A model generated the notes under the pieces. That model ran no database searches. It saw only the letters and a program-made list of their open reading frames with translations, and was not told the origin of the DNA. From NCBI GenBank assembly GCA_028874075.1, contig JAPPLU010000073.1, positions 16,973 through 80,972 on the forward strand: a DNA stretch of 64,000 nucleotides, in the 5' to 3' direction. The DNA comes from Chloroflexota bacterium. Lineage in GTDB: Bacteria; Chloroflexota; Dehalococcoidia; Lucifugimonadales; UBA3495. Shown here piece by piece: positions 60,121 through 64,000 of this stretch (position 1 is the first letter of the stretch; the number at the start of each line of letters is the position of its first letter). The translations under genes and the position numbers were made by a program.

Positions 60121-61878
60121 CTACCGGCCCATGGCGTAGTTGTCGCGGCGCAGGTCGGCGCCCACCTCCAGGGTTTCCCGCTCCCGGTCTATGGTGATGG
60201 CGTTCAGGGCGCCCATGCGGGGCGTCCAGTCGTCCCACACATCTACCTGGTGGCCCCGACGCTCCAGCTCCCGAATGGTTTCGGGGTTAATACGGCCCTC
60301 AGCCGACATGGCCGCCGGGGTGTAGCCGTGGGGGAAGCCGGAATCGGGGAAGCTCCAGGATGCAACCCGGGGCTGTTCGATGGCCTGCTGCACGTCCATG
60401 CCGAACTCGGCCACGTTCAGGAAGAGCTGGGTCATGGACTGGCACTGGACGTCGCCGCCGGGGGTGCCGAAGGGCATCCACAGCTTGCCGTCACGGAAGG
60501 CCATGGCGGGATTGGGCGTCAGGCGGGGGCGCTTGCCTGGCATCAGGCAGGCCGGATGGTCCCGGTCCAGCCAGGTCTGGTAGCCGCGCGTCGACATCGC
60601 GAATCCGAGGCCGGGCACCGTTGCGGCGCCCGAGAATCCATCGCTGGGGGTAGCGGAAAAGCCGTTGCCCCAGCGGTCCACCACGCAGACGTAGCTGGTG
60701 TCGGGCTCAGCCGCGCCGGCCACCGGCTCCGGGTGCGCCGGCTTAACACCGTTGCCGCCGTACCCCTGGTAGGCCCAGGGGTCGCCGGCTCTGGGCATGT
60801 CCGGGCAGGCCTTGGTCGGGTCGATTTCCTGGCGGCGCTGGGCAGCGTAGTCCGGGTCCAGCAGGCCCTTCATGGGCACGTCAACGAAGTCGGGGTCGCC
60901 GTAGTAGGAATGACGATCGGCAAAGGCCAGCTTCAGCGATTCAATCAAGGTATGCAGGTAGTCGGGGCTGTTGTGGCCCATGGCCTTCAGGTCGAAGCCC
61001 GAGAGGATGCCCAGGGCCTGGATGGTGGTGGGGCCCTGGCACCAGGGGCCGCAGGTGAAGACTTCAATGCCCTTGTAGTCTATGGAAGCCGGCGGTTCCA
61101 GCTTGGCCTCGAAGGACTCCATGTCTTCCAGGGACATCAGGCCGCCCTGGGCGCGGTTGAACTCCACCATCTTGTGGGCCATGTCGCCCCGGTAGAACAG
61201 GTCGCGGGCGGCCTGGATGGCCATAACCCGCCCCTTGCTCGAAGCGCCCCTTTCCGCCGAAATCAGCCGCCTGAAGGTGTTGGCCAGTTCCTTCTGGACG
61301 GCCACCTCGCCGGTAGCCAGGGCTTTGCCGCCGGGGAAGAAAACGTCCAGCGTAGTGCCCCAGATGTTTGGATCGCGGCTGCCGTTGGCAAACTTCTCCT
61401 CCTCCCGGGCCAGGGCGCGGTGTAGGGACTGGGGGATGGGGAAGCCCTTTTCCGCCAGTTCCAGGGCCGGGGTTACCACCTGCCGGAATGTCAGGATTCC
61501 ATAGAACTGGATGGCGGTCAGCCAGGCGTCGGCGGCCGACGGGGTAACGGTGCGCAGGACGCCGCCGGGAAGCTGGCCGCCGTGGTTGGCCTCGAAGTAG
61601 TCGACGCTGGCGCCCTTTGGCCAGCGACCCAGGCCGGCGATGGTTACCGTCTCGCCCCGTCCGGCGTCGTGGACCATGATGGGAGCCACTCCGCCAAAGC
61701 TGGTGTACTGGGGCAGGGTAACGTTAAGGACGATGCCGGCAGCCACACCGGCGTCGGTGGCGTTGCCGCCCTCCTCCAGGATGCGGTAGGCCGCAGCGGT
61801 GGCCAGGTAGTGGCCCGCTGCCGCCATGTGGGTGCGCCCCGCAATGAGGGGCCGGTAAGTTCTGAGTCCCAGCGCCAT
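60121..61878 (-). CDS. ggt: gamma-glutamyltransferase family protein
   Basis: 585 aa. It has an autoprocessing-site region (PDTSYVCVVDRWGNGFSATPS, with nucleophile Thr) and a C-terminal FGTPGGDVQCQ motif. Confidence 0.85.
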   Translation of the reverse strand: MALGLRTYRPLIAGRTHMAAAGHYLATAAAYRILEEGGNATDAGVAAGIVLNVTLPQYTSFGGVAPIMVHDAGRGETVTIAGLGRWPKGASVDYFEANHGGQLPGGVLRTVTPSAADAWLTAIQFYGILTFRQVVTPALELAEKGFPIPQSLHRALAREEEKFANGSRDPNIWGTTLDVFFPGGKALATGEVAVQKELANTFRRLISAERGASSKGRVMAIQAARDLFYRGDMAHKMVEFNRAQGGLMSLEDMESFEAKLEPPASIDYKGIEVFTCGPWCQGPTTIQALGILSGFDLKAMGHNSPDYLHTLIESLKLAFADRHSYYGDPDFVDVPMKGLLDPDYAAQRRQEIDPTKACPDMPRAGDPWAYQGYGGNGVKPAHPEPVAGAAEPDTSYVCVVDRWGNGFSATPSDGFSGAATVPGLGFAMSTRGYQTWLDRDHPACLMPGKRPRLTPNPAMAFRDGKLWMPFGTPGGDVQCQSMTQLFLNVAEFGMDVQQAIEQPRVASWSFPDSGFPHGYTPAAMSAEGRINPETIRELERRGHQVDVWDDWTPRMGALNAITIDRERETLEVGADLRRDNYAMGR

Positions 61879-61931
61879 GTCAGCACCTCCACGATTTCCT
61901 TATCCACGAAGATTTACGAAGTTAGGGAAGG

Positions 61932-62049
61932 TCTGAATAAGTCCCCTCTCCCCTGGTGGGAGAGGGTTAGGGTGAGGGGGAATGGTCGTTCGCAAGGTAT
62001 CACCCCCATCCTAACCTTCCCCCGTCAAGGGGGCAGGGACTTATTCAGA
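61932..62049. repeat. 118-bp imperfect palindromic (MITE/REP-like) element
   Basis: The left arm TCTGAATAAGTCCCCTCTCCCC...GGGTTAGGGTGAGGGGG pairs with the right arm CACCCCCATCCTAACC...GGGGCAGGGACTTATTCAGA. It lies between the ggt and LLM genes. Confidence 0.7.
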
Positions 62050-62055
62050 GGAATT

Positions 62056-63138
62056 TTAGTTCAAGTCAGCCAGGCGGGGCATAATGTCTTTGGCCAGGGT
62101 GGTTACGGAGTTGACCCACCCATCCTCCGGGTCCCATTCGTGGCCCATGGCCAGCAGTACGCCGAAGCCGCCCACGTCCTTGTGCATCTGCCGTAGCTTT
62201 TCTGTTACGTCGTCGGGGCTGCCGACGATCCAGACGTTGTCCACCAGGTACTCAGGGGTTATCGCCTCGTCGGGAATGTCGGAATCGGTCTTGAACAGGC
62301 TCAGCGCTTCCATGTAGTTCATCAGGGGGATGAAGTACTGGCGGAAGTCGCGGCCGATGGTGCCGTTGAGGACCTCGTCCCGGGCCTGCTCGGTGGTCTC
62401 GGCGACGTATATTTCCCGTGCGATGCGCCACTCGGAGCGGTCGGGGGTGCGGCCCGTTACGGCCGCGCCGGCCTCAACCGCCTCCCAGTGGCTCTTCAGG
62501 GTTGCCGACGGCACCAGGTTGATGCTCAGCGGCAGCCAGCCCTTCTCCCCGGCCAGCAGCAGAGTGTCGGACCTGGCCGAAACCCCGGCTACGCCAATGG
62601 GCGGGTGGGGCTTCTGGTAGGGGGTAACGTGAAACTGCAGGCCGATCTCGGGCACGGGCTCAGGTATGGCGAACTTCCAGTAGGGGTGCCGGTAGTCGCC
62701 GGGCCTGGGGTCTTCCCACATATCCAGGATCAGCTCAATCATCTGCCGTGACATGCCCCGGTGGGTGCCCTGGGAGGCGTCCATTCCGAAGACCTCGAAA
62801 TCGCCGGGGAAGCCGCCGGATCCCACGCCCCAGTAGAACCGGCCCCGGGCCAGGTTGTCCAGCTGGGCAACCCTGTGGGCGATCATAAAGGGGTCGTGGT
62901 TGGGCATGCAGGTTACGCCGGTGCCGAAGACTATGTTCTTCGTGCGGGGCAGCGCGGCGGCGATGAACTGGTCGGGGGCGGGAATGTTCTCCCACACGGT
63001 GGTGAAGTGCTCGCCGATCCATGCCTCGCAGTAGCCCAGTCGGTCCAGGGTCTCCATCTGGACCAGGTCGGATTCCAGGGTGGCGGACAGGTCGGAACCG
63101 GGTGGATGGAGGGGCATCGTAAAGTATCCCAGTCGCAT
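62056..63138 (-). CDS. LLM-class flavin-dependent oxidoreductase (luciferase-like monooxygenase)
   Basis: Track ORF extends to 63159. I moved the start to ATG 63138, which has a GGAGG RBS. MRLGYFTMPLHP...AWIGEHFT...FGTGVTC... is typical of luciferase-like monooxygenases. Confidence 0.85.
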   Translation of the reverse strand: MRLGYFTMPLHPPGSDLSATLESDLVQMETLDRLGYCEAWIGEHFTTVWENIPAPDQFIAAALPRTKNIVFGTGVTCMPNHDPFMIAHRVAQLDNLARGRFYWGVGSGGFPGDFEVFGMDASQGTHRGMSRQMIELILDMWEDPRPGDYRHPYWKFAIPEPVPEIGLQFHVTPYQKPHPPIGVAGVSARSDTLLLAGEKGWLPLSINLVPSATLKSHWEAVEAGAAVTGRTPDRSEWRIAREIYVAETTEQARDEVLNGTIGRDFRQYFIPLMNYMEALSLFKTDSDIPDEAITPEYLVDNVWIVGSPDDVTEKLRQMHKDVGGFGVLLAMGHEWDPEDGWVNSVTTLAKDIMPRLADLN

Positions 63139-63394
63139 AACCGCCTCCTGCAGTGGCATGGGGATTTGGCGTAAGTATAGTGTATTGACGGGGAGGATTA
63201 AAAGACGGGGCGAGGGCGCAGGGAATGTATACCTCTAATTACCCGTGGTTGCGGCCAGGGAGCATGACCCGGCCTGGCCAACCTTCCAACAGTCTGAGGA
63301 CAGTGGGTGAGGGGAGATTTCCGGAGCTTGACGGTTGCTTTGCAAGACTGGGCAAATTCTCGAAAATTGACCAAAAGACCGTTCAAAAAACCCA

Positions 63395-63424
63395 TTGACA
63401 CTATCAGAACAGCCGTTCTATACT
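63395..63424 (+). promoter_or_regulatory. sigma70-type promoter of the Cys-rich HTH gene
   Basis: TTGACA (63395-63400), an 18-nt spacer, then TATACT (63419-63424). The hexamers and spacing are the same as in the glyA promoter. Confidence 0.55.
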
Positions 63425-63468
63425 CAACCTGCAATTAGAACAAACGTTTGTGCAAGCAGGTGAGAGAA

Positions 63469-63804
63469 ATGACAATGACAGCAGTTTTGACAAGTAAGAA
63501 CGAACTCACAGACACCATACCGGAGTTTTGCCACTACGAGGACACGGGCTGCGAGGTGTCCGCTGCCTGCCTCGACTGCCCCCTTCCCCGGTGCAAGTTC
63601 GACGACCCGGCATGGTACCAGCGCAACCGGCGGCTGGCGCGGGACTTCCAGGTGATGTACACCATCCAGCAGGAGCACCTTTCCATGGAAGAGGCGGCGG
63701 AGAGGTTCTCGGTCACGGTGCGGACTATCTTCCGCATCCTGCAGCGGTGTCGCAACGCAATGACTGCGGTGGACGGCCAGAACATGGCGTCGTTTGCGGC
63801 ATAG
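63469..63804 (+). CDS. putative DNA-binding protein: N-terminal Cys cluster plus C-terminal HTH
   Basis: Track ORF starts at GTG 63448. ATG 63469 is preferred because of the AGGTGAGAG RBS. The Cys pattern is C-x6-C-x5-C-x2-C-x4-C (FCHYEDTGCEVSAACLDCPLPRC). LSMEEAAERFSVTVRTIFRILQR is the HTH. Confidence 0.6.
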   Translation: MTMTAVLTSKNELTDTIPEFCHYEDTGCEVSAACLDCPLPRCKFDDPAWYQRNRRLARDFQVMYTIQQEHLSMEEAAERFSVTVRTIFRILQRCRNAMTAVDGQNMASFAA

Positions 63805-63882
63805 CTCCGCCTACCCCTGTTTAAAATAAATGGGGACGGGCACCCGGCCCGTCCCCATTGAATCACCGGAAATGTCGGAGGC

Positions 63883-64000
63883 CTAGCCCCTGGGCAGCCC
63901 CAGGCCCCGGCTGGCGATGATGTTTCGCTGGACTTCGGAGGTGCCGGCCGCAATCTTGTGGGAGAAGCTGGTCATCCAGTGCTCCTGGATGCGACCCCTC
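63883..64000 (-). CDS. acyl-CoA dehydrogenase family protein, C-terminal end (gene runs off the window end)
   Basis: Own minus-strand translation ends ...GRIQEHWMTSFSHKIAAGTSEVQRNIIASRGLGLPRG*. GTSE(V/I)QRNIIA..LGLP is the conserved ACAD C-terminus. The stop codon (TAG) is at 63883-63885. Confidence 0.7.
   Translation of the reverse strand, partial: RGRIQEHWMTSFSHKIAAGTSEVQRNIIASRGLGLPRG

Noticed and set aside
56664-61425. Plus-strand ORFs 56664..57650 (328 aa) and 60100..61425 (441 aa). ORFs 31732..32586, 32504..33427, 11999..12904 and 8281..9300 belong to the same class.
   Set aside because: They are antisense to the SDR, GGT, apt, MBL, glyA and PPIase/hom genes respectively. They have no independent coding evidence.

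Overview
High-GC chromosomal window: spot counts of single 60-nt lines give about 62% G+C in core genes and 35-52% in three islands. I found no rRNA, CRISPR array, integrase or transposase. The core is mostly on the minus strand. It comprises a hom-thrC-folE block, rpsF-ssb-rpsR, glyA, and a complete tRNA(Thr-Tyr-Thr)-tuf-rpmG-secE-nusG-rplKAJL cluster with a recognisable promoter and an L10-leader-like attenuator. Other core genes are apt, recF, selB, hemW and many oxidoreductases and hydrolases (LLM monooxygenase, two SDRs, GGT, Ldh2, quinone reductase, MBL, DLH, two split ComDE-like TPP decarboxylase pairs, and an RdhA/QueG-like Fe-S protein). This gene content fits a Chloroflexota/SAR202-like organism, but that is a guess and not verified. 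The accessory parts most worth attention are: (1) an AT-rich four-gene island at 18.3-20.9 kb, with a ParB/Srx-domain protein, a ParB-HTH/RHH paralogue and a coiled-coil orphan converging on a PAPS-reductase-like PP-loop enzyme, with no ParA, integrase or Dnd/Ssp partners; (2) an ABC-type ATPase + DUF4276/Toprim-like pair at 54.5-56.4 kb with OLD/PARIS/AbiL-like logic; (3) two inverted ~200-bp copies of an element built from phased 10-bp GGCCCAAAAC iterons (40.24-40.44 kb and 57.86-58.06 kb) that bracket a 17.4-kb mixed-function segment and each face inward; (4) an orphan HicB-like gene next to a low-GC unknown gene, and a higBA pair. Several REP-like hairpin families fill the intergenic regions and create spurious ORFs. 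Many long antisense ORFs in the track are high-GC artefacts. All family assignments come from motif recognition by eye, and no database search was possible.
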